Shown: piece by piece, positions 7,891-17,782 of the stretch | Layout: every line of letters begins with the position of its first letter | How positions within the stretch are numbered: position 1 is the stretch's first letter | Origin: Candidatus Bathyarchaeia archaeon | GTDB lineage: Archaea > Thermoproteota > Bathyarchaeia > TCS64 | Length of the DNA: 64,000 nt | Reading direction: 5' to 3' | Assembly: GCA_050014495.1 (NCBI GenBank) | Contig: JBEKDF010000015.1 | Span: 1 to 64,000, forward strand | Made by a program: the position numbers and the translations under genes | Notes under the pieces: generated by a model | Told to the model about the DNA's origin: nothing | The model's input: the letters and a program-made list of their open reading frames with translations, nothing else | Database searches by the model: none

Positions 7891-9270
7891 TTATTGATGA
7901 TGACCTTGGTCATTCAGGTTTTCCTCCTTTTCTGTTTTCGCCTCAAGGCCATAATCAGATAGGTTATTCATTATTTGATCAACCTCATCCCTAGATTCAT
8001 AGCCGAAGCCATGGTTCCATGCTATCACTTCCAGACATCCTCCTCTGCTAACTCTACACCTAATCTCCTTGGGTTTTCTAGGATAATACTTGCCACTGAG
8101 AACCTCGGGGAGTCTTTCACCGGCTAAATCCTTGAGGGGCTGAAGCATCCCCTTTTCCTCAAGACTTTTAGTTGTTCCGTCCGCCACTTTATTCTGTAGA
8201 ATCGTTATCTCCTGAGTTGTGAAGATTTGTTGGATGGTGTTTAGCTGGGCTTCGATCGAAGCCATGCGGGTTTGGTTGTTCCTCATCTCTGCGTCGTGGG
8301 CTTCAAGTTCCCTGATCTTAGCTTGAAGGTCCTCGACCTCCCCGGCGTCAACCTTCGAGGGGTCCTCTGAGAGAACGTTAAGCCACCTCTCTGCCTTGCG
8401 GTACTCCCTCCGGGTGTAGTCGATGTCCTCCATTGCCTTGTTGTAACCGAGGGGATCGACGACGTGTCCCATGAAGAACTCCGCCGCTAGGCTGTCGGCT
8501 CCGGACTTGTGCCACCTCGTCCTGAATGTGTCACGTAACTCATGGGGATTCTTGCCGTACCTCACACTTTTTCCTTGTCTAGTTTCGATGATTCCTAGTT
8601 TCTTCAGTGTCCAGGTCCAATACTGGGCGATGATCTTCTCGGTGATCGGTGTTCCCTTCTAATTTACGAAGATCGAACCCCCGACGTTAGGTCACGTCTT
8701 CATGTAGAACATTATGGCGTCTATAGCGTCGCGTCCGAGGAACGTATGGTATGAGCGCCTATTCTTCAGCTTCTTTCTGCCGGGAAGGTCAACCCTGATG
8801 GGTCGAACTCCAGCGTCTAGTTGCTTTTTAAGGTCAGCCAACCGGGCGTTGCTCCACTCCACCACCTCGCTGCATCCCATTCCTCCGGAGACCATGCATA
8901 GGAAGACCGCCCGGTAGAGTCTGTTGCTCTTAACAACCGCTTTTCTGATTTCATCATGGGTTAGGGAGCCGACGACCGGTGGCACTTCAACGCTGATCCT
9001 GAAACCCGGGTCGCGTGGAAGCTCAGCCCTATTATGCAGGAAGAAGGACTTCACTGCTGAGTAGTATCTCTCCTTGCTCTTCGCCCTACCCCTGATGGTT
9101 CTCATCCAGCCCTCAACGAGGTCGAGGACCCGATACCTGTCATCCCCCGCCGCCCTCTTCTGATAGGCTACAAGCTCATCGGGGGACAATCCCGATTGGT
9201 CTTCCCCATTCTCGGCCATCCACTCCATGAACTTCAGTAGCACATAGAAGTGTGCGAAAAAAGTGTTCAT
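7891..9270 (-). pseudogene. Tyrosine recombinase/integrase, interrupted by two in-frame stops (TGA 8692-8694, TAG 8659-8661); N-terminus probably truncated
   Basis: ORFs 8692..9423 and 7891..8565 share one frame; joined protein has YYSAVKSFF, LTHDEIRK, DLPGRKK, HELRDTFR (HxxR), FFMGH, LGYNK (Tyr nucleophile). Confidence 0.9.
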
Positions 9271-9447
9271 TTTAATACGGGACCGCCATGTAAATACCGT
9301 AGGACAGTGATACCAAGGGTGATTCAACAAACGTCGCGGAACGCTAGGCTCACACATACACTTCATCTCTATAGAATAATAGAACGTAGAGCTGTGAGTT
9401 TCAACAACGTTTTTATGAATCAACCCCGGCTAACTTGAGGCGATGCG

Positions 9448-10020
9448 ATGTTCAACTTAGTTACTCTTAAGGACACAATAAGAATAAGTCCGTCCAAATT
9501 TGGCCAACCTCTCGATGCCGCCGCCTACGATGAGCTCCGTGGCAAGTACGAAGGGCTCGTTGACGAGGAACTTGGCTACGTTATCTCAGTAATAAAGGTC
9601 GAAGTCAACCCCATCGGTCGCATCGTCCCAGGCGATGGTGGAACACACCACCAGGTTACTTTCAGTATCATGACCTTCTTCCCACAGCTCCAAGAGATCG
9701 TAGAGGGCGAAGTTGTAGAGGTCGCTGATTTTGGAACCTTCCTCAGGATAGGTCCAGTTGATGCCCTTCTCCACGTTAGCCAACTCATGGATGACTTCAT
9801 AAGTTACGACGAGAGGCAGGGCGTCCTCCTCGGGAAGGAGAGTGGACGAACCATCCAGAGAGGTGACCTCTTCAGGGTTAGGATGGTTGCTGTGAGCTTC
9901 CCCAAGGGAAGAAGCTCGGGTAAGATAGGTGTCACAGCTCGCCAACCTATGCTGGGAAAGATCGAATGGATAGAGACAGAGGTCAAGGCGATGGAAGCTC
10001 CCAAGGAGGAGAAGAAGTAA
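9448..10020 (+). CDS. rpoE1: DNA-directed RNA polymerase subunit E' (Rpo7)
   Basis: EGEVVEVADFGTFLRIGPVDALLHVSQ S1 domain; RQPMLGKIEW. Confidence 0.97.
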   Translation: MFNLVTLKDTIRISPSKFGQPLDAAAYDELRGKYEGLVDEELGYVISVIKVEVNPIGRIVPGDGGTHHQVTFSIMTFFPQLQEIVEGEVVEVADFGTFLRIGPVDALLHVSQLMDDFISYDERQGVLLGKESGRTIQRGDLFRVRMVAVSFPKGRSSGKIGVTARQPMLGKIEWIETEVKAMEAPKEEKK

Positions 10021-10205
10021 TGGCTCCGAAAGCATGCAGGACCTGCAAGATAATCACCGATGAAAACATTTGTCCCGTTTGCAAGAGCTCCGAGCTAAGC
10101 GAGGACTTTCTCGGCTTCGTCATCATACTCGACCCCTCAAAGAGTCAACTGGCCGAGAAGATGAAAATCAAAGAGGCGGGGCGATACGCCCTCAAGATCC
10201 GTTAA
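10020..10205 (+). CDS. spt4: Transcription elongation factor Spt4 (RpoE'')
   Basis: KACRTC...CPVC Zn ribbon, GRYALKIR; follows rpoE1. Confidence 0.95.
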   Translation: MAPKACRTCKIITDENICPVCKSSELSEDFLGFVIILDPSKSQLAEKMKIKEAGRYALKIR

Positions 10206-10257
10206 CAAACAGGACACGAGCCTCCCACAGATCAAGACTCTGTTTCTCCCGGAATCC

Positions 10258-10749
10258 ATGCGATACGAACTGAAGACACCACTTGGTGAACTTTATAGGG
10301 GTGAGCCAAAAGAAACAACCGCTCGCCTCAAAGAAAAATTCATGACGAAACCTCCACTTTTCGCCATCGTTGGGGACTTCGTCGCAGCTAACCTAATCGC
10401 TTGTGGGTTTTCACCTGATATAGTTGTGATCGATAATAAGACCCTCAGGGTCGAGGTTGAACCTGTAAAACATGGTATGAAGGAGATACAGGTTCCTAAC
10501 GAGGCTGCCACTATAAACGCCGAGGCATGGCTCGTTCTTCGAGCCGCGGTAATGCTTAAAAGGAGGTTAGCGGTAGTCGTGAAAGGTGAAGAGGACCTAC
10601 TGGTCCTCCCGCTGTTGGCTGAGATGCCCATTGGCTCGGTGATAGCCTACGGCCAGCCCCATGAGGGGCTTGTTGTAGTGACCGTGTCCGAGGAGAGGCG
10701 GGATTGGGCGCGGGAATTCCTCAACCGAATGGAGATGAAAAAACAGTGA
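10258..10749 (+). CDS. GTP-dependent dephospho-CoA kinase (DUF359)
   Basis: VGDFV, IDNKTLR, GEEDLL, YGQPHEG motifs; conserved position. Confidence 0.9.
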   Translation: MRYELKTPLGELYRGEPKETTARLKEKFMTKPPLFAIVGDFVAANLIACGFSPDIVVIDNKTLRVEVEPVKHGMKEIQVPNEAATINAEAWLVLRAAVMLKRRLAVVVKGEEDLLVLPLLAEMPIGSVIAYGQPHEGLVVVTVSEERRDWAREFLNRMEMKKQ

Positions 10750-11081
10750 AGCTGGAGTTAACATCCACCAAAATCAACAAGGTGATTGGCAGAAAGGAGC
10801 TATCCTTCAGGGTAACTGAGGCCTCCACTCCGAGCAGAGCCGACGTCAGACGTGAGATTGCAGTCCTCATGAGAACAGAGCTCGAAAACGTCTACGTCCG
10901 TACTATAGAGGCAAAGTCTGGTACACGTGTGACGACGGGTCTTGCCCATGTCTACAATGACGTGGCAACTGCTGAATCAGTTGAGCCCAAGTACATAATC
11001 GCACGAAACAAAGGGAAGGAAGTTAAGACTGAGGAGGAATCCGCTGCTCCCTCTGCAGCGCTTAAGGAGGAGAAGCAGTAA
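10746..11081 (+). CDS. rps24e: 30S ribosomal protein S24e
   Basis: [24 protein letters not shown] start overlapping upstream stop. Confidence 0.93.
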   Translation: MKLELTSTKINKVIGRKELSFRVTEASTPSRADVRREIAVLMRTELENVYVRTIEAKSGTRVTTGLAHVYNDVATAESVEPKYIIARNKGKEVKTEEESAAPSAALKEEKQ

Positions 11082-11296
11082 TGTCACAGAAACCTTCTGA
11101 TAGAAAGCCTGTTGAGAAGAAGTCTGCAAAGGGTATAGACTCGATCTATAAGAAATATGAGATCAAGGACGGTAAGCTCGAGCGGAAGAGGCCTTTCTGT
11201 AATAGGTGTGGACGCGGTTATTTCATGGCCGACCACGGAGACCGCTATACATGCGGGAACTGTGGTTTTACCATGTTCAAGTCAAAGTCCAACTAA
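11081..11296 (+). CDS. rps27ae: 30S ribosomal protein S27ae
   Basis: [23 protein letters not shown]. Confidence 0.96.
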   Translation: MSQKPSDRKPVEKKSAKGIDSIYKKYEIKDGKLERKRPFCNRCGRGYFMADHGDRYTCGNCGFTMFKSKSN

Positions 11297-11435
11297 AATT
11301 TTACTCCTCTAAATTTTTAACATTCGCGAGCGTATTTGCGTCCGTCAACAGTGATTCTACAGGGAAACATTAAAAAAAGGAAATCATTTCGAAGAGGTTA
11401 AATCTCCAAATCCGAGCCTCCTTTATCGGCATAAC

Positions 11436-11732
11436 TTGTTTGAGATTGAAAAAATTGAAATTGGTGGCAAATCCTTCCAAGCTTTAAAATCAACTATCCC
11501 AGAGGGAGCACCTCCACTTATCCTTATCAAAGGTACGAAAGGCTACATAATGTGTGGCTACCTCAACATCGAGGCCGCCGAAAAATTCGGTTCCGCTGCC
11601 GCGATAGTGAGTGGTGTGAAGACATTCGACGATGTACTCAATTCCCCCATTAAAGCTTCAACAACGAAAGCGAAGCAACTTGGTCTCGAGACGGGGAAGA
11701 TTGTCAAGGACGTAATTGAAGCGATCGGCTAA
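11436..11732 (+). CDS. YunC/DUF1805 family protein
   Basis: GYIMCGYLN, AAAIVSGVKTFDDVL. Confidence 0.88.
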   Translation: MFEIEKIEIGGKSFQALKSTIPEGAPPLILIKGTKGYIMCGYLNIEAAEKFGSAAAIVSGVKTFDDVLNSPIKASTTKAKQLGLETGKIVKDVIEAIG

Positions 11733-12364
11733 GACTCTACCAGTTTTTCGACTTCTCTCTTTGCGTCTCTCAATATGTTTTTCCCATGAGCTAGGAGAAG
11801 CTTGTCAAAGTCATAATTGAGAAGCCTCGTTATCTCTCTTTTAGCCATCTCCGCGTCATCACTATATTTAGCAGGGGGTGGGTATAGGTTTCCCTGATCA
11901 TCGCCAAAGATAGTGTCCCCTACAATCATCGCTTTTTCATCACGGAGATAGTAAGCGAGATTGCCATTGGAATGACCCGGGATCGCCACGATTTCGATGC
12001 CTCCACAGGCGTCGATCAAGTCGCCATGTTCTAAACCAATATCCGCTTCAACCCCAGTGAGATCCTTCAGTGCATCAATATCACCTGCACCAAGCATCAC
12101 CTCAGGGTGGCCAGTGAGTTCGAGGACCTTGGGTAGGTTTTCTATATGATCGCCATGGGCATGAGTTATGAGTACGAGCTTAATGTTCCTCCAAGTTTCT
12201 CCCATATCACTAAGCTCTGCTTCAATATTCTCCAGGCAATGGGGTGTGAATCCAACATCTATCAGGATTAACCCCCCCTGACAACTGAGAATATAGACCA
12301 TTGTACTAAGGTCATCCGCCTTCGAGACCTCGATGCCCCTTATCCTCTTGGTTATTTTCGTCAT
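11729..12364 (-). CDS. Metallo-beta-lactamase fold hydrolase
   Basis: THAHGDH, PGHS, GD, AHG motifs. Confidence 0.9.
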   Translation of the reverse strand: MTKITKRIRGIEVSKADDLSTMVYILSCQGGLILIDVGFTPHCLENIEAELSDMGETWRNIKLVLITHAHGDHIENLPKVLELTGHPEVMLGAGDIDALKDLTGVEADIGLEHGDLIDACGGIEIVAIPGHSNGNLAYYLRDEKAMIVGDTIFGDDQGNLYPPPAKYSDDAEMAKREITRLLNYDFDKLLLAHGKNILRDAKREVEKLVES

Positions 12365-12395
12365 GCTTTCACGTTTCTCTATAAGTTTAAGGCTG

Positions 12396-12608
12396 TTACT
12401 CCTCGACCTCGATGATCTTAATGGTTGAGGTCGCTCCGGAAACGAGGAAAACGTGCTTGCCAAAATGCCTCTTCAATAGCTTGAGTATTGCTTGATTCGC
12501 TTTTCCTTTTTTACGAGGCTCCCTCACCCTCACTAAGTAATGTCCTTCACCGATTTTCTCCACGTCATCCTCATGTGATTCGGTTTTGACCTCGACTGTT
12601 ATTCTCAT
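12396..12608 (-). CDS. DUF167 (UPF0235) family protein
   Basis: KGKANQA, LVSGATSTIK. Confidence 0.88.
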   Translation of the reverse strand: MRITVEVKTESHEDDVEKIGEGHYLVRVREPRKKGKANQAILKLLKRHFGKHVFLVSGATSTIKIIEVEE

Positions 12609-12658
12609 ATCTAAAAGGAAGATGCTAGTTTGTGCTTAAAATAAGCTAGGTTTTTAGA

Positions 12659-13051
12659 CTAGTTGTCGTTTAGAGCTTCCTCGACGGCTTCCTTCGTTTG
12701 AACAGGGAAGTCTTTCATGAGGCTCTTAAAAACGACCTTAGCAACGTGTTTTTCGAAGCCGAGTTCATCTAGTCCAGTGAAATATTTTCTGCGGGTTCCA
12801 CCTTTGCAAGTTTCCTCCTCATACTTTAGAACTTCCTCGTCGCACATGTCGTTGAGGAAGTTGATAATAGAGGCTCTTGAGATTGTCTTACTCCCAAGCG
12901 ACTTATTCACAGCCTGGTAAACCTCACGGGAGGTCATGCCCTTGTTGTCGCTGTTCCAGATGATGTGTAGCGCTTCGATCTGGTAGTCCCTTAGGACCTT
13001 TTCGAGACCTTCCTTTGATGGGTCAATTACGATTGTCAATTTAACTCGCAC
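12659..13051 (-). CDS. Winged-helix transcriptional regulator (BlaI-like)
   Basis: TSREVY, ISRASIINFLN, KGGTRRKY wing. Confidence 0.75.
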   Translation of the reverse strand: MRVKLTIVIDPSKEGLEKVLRDYQIEALHIIWNSDNKGMTSREVYQAVNKSLGSKTISRASIINFLNDMCDEEVLKYEEETCKGGTRRKYFTGLDELGFEKHVAKVVFKSLMKDFPVQTKEAVEEALNDN

Positions 13052-13105
13052 CTGAACGCCGTCTACTTACAGACACCAGATATAAAAGAATTAGCTTGCT
13101 CTTTT

Positions 13106-13507
13106 TCATTTATATTTCTCATCGTAGAGCACGTGTCTGTTAAGTTTGTAACATGTGAATTCTCCGGTGAAGACCTTCGTATCCTCTACCTTCACCTCGA
13201 CGAGTACTTCGCTCTTTATTCCCTCTGTTTTAATAACTGTGGCTTCCGCTCTCATGACCTCATTGGCTCGAACCGCTGCAGTGAATTTAACTTGGGCTTT
13301 ACTGAGGACTACGTTTGGGTGGTTCACAGCGAGCATAGCTGCGTAATCAGCAAGACCGAAAGTGAATCCACCATGGATAAGTCCTGTCGAATCTACAACC
13401 ATTTCATTAGTCGTAAGGAGCTCCACAACTGATCTATTCCCGTCAACGATTTCCAATGGCAAGCCGACTAATTTCCCAGAAATCTTATCGTGAGTCTTGA
13501 CTTTCAT
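13106..13507 (-). CDS. PaaI/hotdog thioesterase
   Basis: GLIHGGFTFGLADYAAM. Confidence 0.9.
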   Translation of the reverse strand: MKVKTHDKISGKLVGLPLEIVDGNRSVVELLTTNEMVVDSTGLIHGGFTFGLADYAAMLAVNHPNVVLSKAQVKFTAAVRANEVMRAEATVIKTEGIKSEVLVEVKVEDTKVFTGEFTCYKLNRHVLYDEKYK

Positions 13508-13571
13508 ATCCCTCTTTTATGATTCAACATATGATGTTAAAAACCCGAGTATGCAGAATTAAGAGATTGGC

Positions 13572-14486
13572 ATGAAACTGGTAACCTTTAGATTTGGAAA
13601 GAGTGTGAGCATTGGTGTTGTACTCGACGAGAATGTCCTTGACCTCAACTCGTCATTCAAGGCACATCTAGGCGGATCCTTCAAGGGAGTTAAGGTTGCG
13701 CCTCTCGATATGCTTGGGTTCCTTGACCTCGGCTCCAAAGGATTAGCAGAAGCGAAGAAGGCTGTGAAAGTCGCAGAAGACTCTAAACACATGATTCCCT
13801 TAAAAAAGGTGAAGCTTTTAGCACCAATACCCAAGCCAAGGAAGAACATAGTCTGCTTGGGACTTAACTACGCTGAGCACGTGAAAGAAGGAAACAAAGG
13901 CGGTACCACTCCCAACCTTCCACCAGTACCAATCTATTTCACAAAACCCCCGACAGCCGTTACAGGACCCTACGATAATATCATCTACCCGAAGGTAACT
14001 GAGAAGCTCGACTATGAGGCTGAGCTCGCTTTCGTAATCGGAAAAAATGGGAAGAACATTCCAGAGGAGAGAGTCTACGACTACATTGTTGGCTATATGG
14101 CCTTCAACGACGTCTCTGCAAGGGACCTTCAGTCTCGGCACCAGCAATGGTATAGAGGCAAGAGTATCGACACGTTCGCCCCAATGGGCCCATGGATTGT
14201 GACGAAGGATGATGTCGGAGACCCTCAGGACCTAGATCTTTGGTGTAAGGTCAATTCTGAAGAAAGACAGCACACAAACACGAGCGACATGATCTTTAGC
14301 ATTAAAAAGATTGTCGCTACCCTATCCTCGGGGATAACCCTTGAAGTAGGAGACATATTCGCAACTGGTACACCTTCCGGAGTTGGTATGGCCCACCCAC
14401 TCGGTCTTCTCAAACCTGGAGATGTGGTCGAGGTGGGTATCGAAAAGATCGGTACCATAAAGAATAAAGTAGTCGCCGAGAAGTAG
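13572..14486 (+). CDS. Fumarylacetoacetate hydrolase family protein
   Basis: GLNYAEH, DYEAEL, NDVSARD, TGTPSGVG. Confidence 0.95.
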   Translation: MKLVTFRFGKSVSIGVVLDENVLDLNSSFKAHLGGSFKGVKVAPLDMLGFLDLGSKGLAEAKKAVKVAEDSKHMIPLKKVKLLAPIPKPRKNIVCLGLNYAEHVKEGNKGGTTPNLPPVPIYFTKPPTAVTGPYDNIIYPKVTEKLDYEAELAFVIGKNGKNIPEERVYDYIVGYMAFNDVSARDLQSRHQQWYRGKSIDTFAPMGPWIVTKDDVGDPQDLDLWCKVNSEERQHTNTSDMIFSIKKIVATLSSGITLEVGDIFATGTPSGVGMAHPLGLLKPGDVVEVGIEKIGTIKNKVVAEK

Positions 14487-14700
14487 CACATATACGACCA
14501 CTATTTATCAACAGATTTAATTCAATTAGAGTTCAAATTGACTCTGAAAGGTTAATAGGCATGTTTATATTGAGAGTATCCGGTTTGGTAGGTTAGTTTC
14601 GCGGTGGCTACTTTGTGTAAATATATCTGCAGTCAATTTGACCCCTACGACATTATCAACATGCCACTGGCGAAGTAATAGGAACATGAAGGAAAAGACG

Positions 14701-14943
14701 ATGAGTGGGAACGTCCAGATTGGCCCACCGAAGCTTACACGCTTCGAAAGGGCGAGGATTGTAGGTGCACGCGCACTCCAAGTATCGTTGGGGGCTCCAA
14801 TTTTAGTCGATCTACCTCAGCGGGTAAGCGACCCCATTGATATAGCGCTAGCGGAACTCAACGAAGGAGTTCTTCCTATGACAATCAGGAGGACGCTTCC
14901 CGATGGCTCTCACCAGGACATCGCCCTAGTAGATCTACGTTAA
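14701..14943 (+). CDS. rpoK: RNA polymerase subunit K (Rpo6)
   Basis: [22 protein letters not shown]. Confidence 0.96.
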   Translation: MSGNVQIGPPKLTRFERARIVGARALQVSLGAPILVDLPQRVSDPIDIALAELNEGVLPMTIRRTLPDGSHQDIALVDLR

Positions 14944-14986
14944 ACCGGTGAAGCCTTTTTACCCCGGAACATATCTTTCATAGTCA

Positions 14987-15202
14987 TTGGACGCAATTGA
15001 CATAAAATCCTGGGAAAAGACGGCCATAATCCTTGGCCTAATATCGATATTTATGTTCGGAGTTCAGCGATCGAAATACATGTTTTTGGATCCTGTGTTC
15101 GAATTATTTATTTTCCATGTGCCGGCAATACTTGCGGTAAGTATCTATTTATATTATCGGAGGAAGGAGCCGACTCCAGCACCTGTAGATGTGAAGTCTT
15201 AG
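14987..15202 (+). CDS. Small 2-TM membrane protein
   Basis: 71 aa with two hydrophobic segments. Confidence 0.55.
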   Translation: MDAIDIKSWEKTAIILGLISIFMFGVQRSKYMFLDPVFELFIFHVPAILAVSIYLYYRRKEPTPAPVDVKS

Positions 15203-16368
15203 ACGTTTCGAGTCTTCGTTATAGTCTCCGTTATCTCGACCCCCCTCTCCAAGAGACTATTGAGGAGCTTTTCGAATAACTCGCCTTTTATGACCCTCAC
15301 GGGCCACTGTATACCCTTCTCCTTAATCGATCCACTCCCGAGGATGCGTGCGATAATTGCAGCTGTATAGCCTGTTGTCTTCGCCATTGAGGTGATCTGG
15401 GTCTTTTCATCATACTCGTCGAGCATATCGTATGTTACGTCGATATCGAGACCATCACTTTTACCCGAGGCCCTCACGAGGAGAACCGTTATGTCCCTAT
15501 CCCCAGACGCTTCATCGAACTTAATGATGGGGTAAATGAGCTCGTGGAAGAAGTCAACGGGAATCATCTCCTTCCCCTGATAGTTTACAGGTTTGCTACC
15601 TATCACACCGAGGTCCAAAAGGAACATGAGTTTATCAACAAAGCCATTATATCTAATGGTCTTGCCCCTGAAATTTTTCACCTTCTTCTCTTGGCATATT
15701 TTAAGAAGACTCGAGGGGAAACCATCTATGAATGACTCCATCTCCTGATAACCATTTACAAAGATAGACTCGACTTCAGTGTACCTATCTAGCTCTTTAA
15801 GTTCTCCATCAACTATCATGGGGACCTTGCCAGGGCGGATTGGCATTCTCGTACCACCAAACACTATCTTATAATCAAGCGGAGGCTTAGGGTTCTTTGG
15901 TAGGCCACCACATGCGAAGTTCACCTCTGTGACCTCATCCATGTACTCCATTGCCTGCCCACAGAGGAGATCGATGAGACCTGGATCCACCCCACATCCA
16001 GGAATTACCGTGATCCCAGCATTCTTTACCTTTTTGTAGATGTCACCGTCAAGTGGATATCCACCACCAGCAAGGTCCACAACATTACACTTCGCCTCCA
16101 TTGCAGCATTGAGGACACCCATACTGAATTTCGCTGCACTAGAATTAATGACAACATCGTAACCTTTCATAGCAGCAATGAGTGACTCGTAGCTTGTTAT
16201 GTCCACCTTTTTTATATCAAACTTTTTACTATCTACATATTTCATCGCAATCTGAAGTTTCAAGTCGTCTATGTCGCAACCAGTGATTCTGTCGACGCGT
16301 GAATCACTAACACAGTCCTTAGCGATGGTTGGCCCCATAAGGCCCATCCCAAGAATCAGAATTTTCAT
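15199..16368 (-). CDS. Saccharopine dehydrogenase / lysine 6-dehydrogenase family protein
   Basis: GMGLMG Rossmann motif, GCGVDPG, CGGLP, SMAKTTG. Confidence 0.88.
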   Translation of the reverse strand: MKILILGMGLMGPTIAKDCVSDSRVDRITGCDIDDLKLQIAMKYVDSKKFDIKKVDITSYESLIAAMKGYDVVINSSAAKFSMGVLNAAMEAKCNVVDLAGGGYPLDGDIYKKVKNAGITVIPGCGVDPGLIDLLCGQAMEYMDEVTEVNFACGGLPKNPKPPLDYKIVFGGTRMPIRPGKVPMIVDGELKELDRYTEVESIFVNGYQEMESFIDGFPSSLLKICQEKKVKNFRGKTIRYNGFVDKLMFLLDLGVIGSKPVNYQGKEMIPVDFFHELIYPIIKFDEASGDRDITVLLVRASGKSDGLDIDVTYDMLDEYDEKTQITSMAKTTGYTAAIIARILGSGSIKEKGIQWPVRVIKGELFEKLLNSLLERGVEITETITKTRNV

Positions 16369-16514
16369 CAGGAAACCACAGCCTTAATTGGGTTTTTAAG
16401 GTTTTAATCATTGCCACAATTGAATTGTCTGGCGTCGATTATTCCTTCGTTTTATGTCGAAGCTCTTAAATATTGTAGTTACTCAGATGGGACAAAACTA
16501 GAAGGTTGTTATAG

Positions 16515-17717
16515 ATGATAGAGTTTTCTTTCACAGAGGAACAGCAGCTTTTTAGAGAGTCAGTCAAGGAGTGGCTCTCAAAGAACCTAACCCTTGAGCA
16601 GGTAAGGGAGAATGATACTAAACACCAGATTCCCAGAAGTTTCATGAAGGGACTCGGAGACTTGGGTCTCCTCTGCTTAACTTTGCCCGAGGAACATGGG
16701 GGCGCTGGCGCAGATTGGATCACAGCCGCAATCGGCGCAGAGGAACTTGGATACGCAGACATTTCAGTCGCCTCACCCGTTTTCTATCTAGTCCAAGCGA
16801 GCTGGGGTTATATTGTCGACAAGTACGCCCAGGATGCAGTTAGGGATGCTTGTCTAAGGAAAGCAGCGAGAGGCGAATCATTCATTGGCATTGGTGCAAC
16901 AGAGCCCGGTGGCGGTAGTGATGTAGCTGGGTTCAAAACCACGATGAAGAGGAATGAAAAAGGTTGGCTTTTGAACGGTGAGAAATGTTACATCAGCGGC
17001 ACAGCTGAAGCAACAGAGATCGATGGCGGCTACTTCGTTTCCGGATACACGGACCGTAGCAAGGGTCACAAGGGAATGACTGCACTATTCATGCCCATCA
17101 ATGCACCCGGAGTCGAGATCACGAAACGCTTCGAAAACACAGGCAGGATGGCGATAAGCACCGGCGGCTTCAAGATGACTGACGTCCAAATTCCACTAGA
17201 ATACCAGCTTGGTGAGGAAGGGAAGGGATTCTACTACACCATGGAGGGATTCGACGCCGCACGTGTCTTAGTGTCCGCGAGTTGCATCGGCGCTGCAGAG
17301 AGAGCCATGGAACTAGGTATAGAGTACATTAAACAACGCCAGGTCTTTGGCCAGCCAATTGCAAAGTTCCAGGGAGTCCAATTCGACCTAGCTGATATGG
17401 CTGCCCACCACGAGGCAATAAAGAGCCTTGTCTACAGGACCGCGTGGATGCTAGACCAAAAGTATAAAACTGGTAAGTTCGACGCCCTAGAAGTAAGCAA
17501 GTACCTCAGTATGTGTAAATACCTCGCACCTCATCACACACTCGACGTCTTCCGCAGGGTTCTCCTCTGGATGGGCGCTTATGGATACACAAAGGAATGC
17601 CCCCTCGAAATGGGTCTACGCGGCGTCATGAGCTATTGCATTGGCGCGGAGGGAGCAGCTAATATCCAGAAAGTGATCATCAGCCGCGAGGTCCTTGGGC
17701 GTCAGTGGCGAGCCTGA
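16515..17717 (+). CDS. Acyl-CoA dehydrogenase
   Basis: TEPGGGSDV, LNGEKCYIS, RQVFGQPIAKFQ, GAYGY. Confidence 0.95.
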   Translation: MIEFSFTEEQQLFRESVKEWLSKNLTLEQVRENDTKHQIPRSFMKGLGDLGLLCLTLPEEHGGAGADWITAAIGAEELGYADISVASPVFYLVQASWGYIVDKYAQDAVRDACLRKAARGESFIGIGATEPGGGSDVAGFKTTMKRNEKGWLLNGEKCYISGTAEATEIDGGYFVSGYTDRSKGHKGMTALFMPINAPGVEITKRFENTGRMAISTGGFKMTDVQIPLEYQLGEEGKGFYYTMEGFDAARVLVSASCIGAAERAMELGIEYIKQRQVFGQPIAKFQGVQFDLADMAAHHEAIKSLVYRTAWMLDQKYKTGKFDALEVSKYLSMCKYLAPHHTLDVFRRVLLWMGAYGYTKECPLEMGLRGVMSYCIGAEGAANIQKVIISREVLGRQWRA

Positions 17718-17782
17718 GACTCTTTTTTCTCCACTTTTTGTTTCCATCTATTTAATATTCTTCAAACTCGATTAGCAAACAT

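Larger units (their letters stand above)
131..9270. mobile_element. Integron-like gene cassette array plus recombinase (accessory island; left end not defined)
   Basis: Nine direct repeats each separating unrelated accessory genes, adjacent tyrosine recombinase, abrupt switch to core genes at ~9.3 kb. Confidence 0.75.

Noticed and set aside
8659..8694. Selenocysteine/pyrrolysine readthrough of the recombinase stops
   Set aside because: Two different stops 11 codons apart, each a simple C>T from Arg/Gln codons; pseudogenisation is more parsimonious.
885..9270. Classical integron (IntI/attC)
   Set aside because: No RYYYAAC...GTTRRRY ends, fixed-length sequence-conserved repeats, and the recombinase shows no evident IntI-specific insertion; judged by eye, needs HMM confirmation.
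9271..9423. N-terminal extension of ORF 8692..9423
   Set aside because: Overlaps the rpoE1 promoter region and does not look like integrase sequence; likely a chance open frame.
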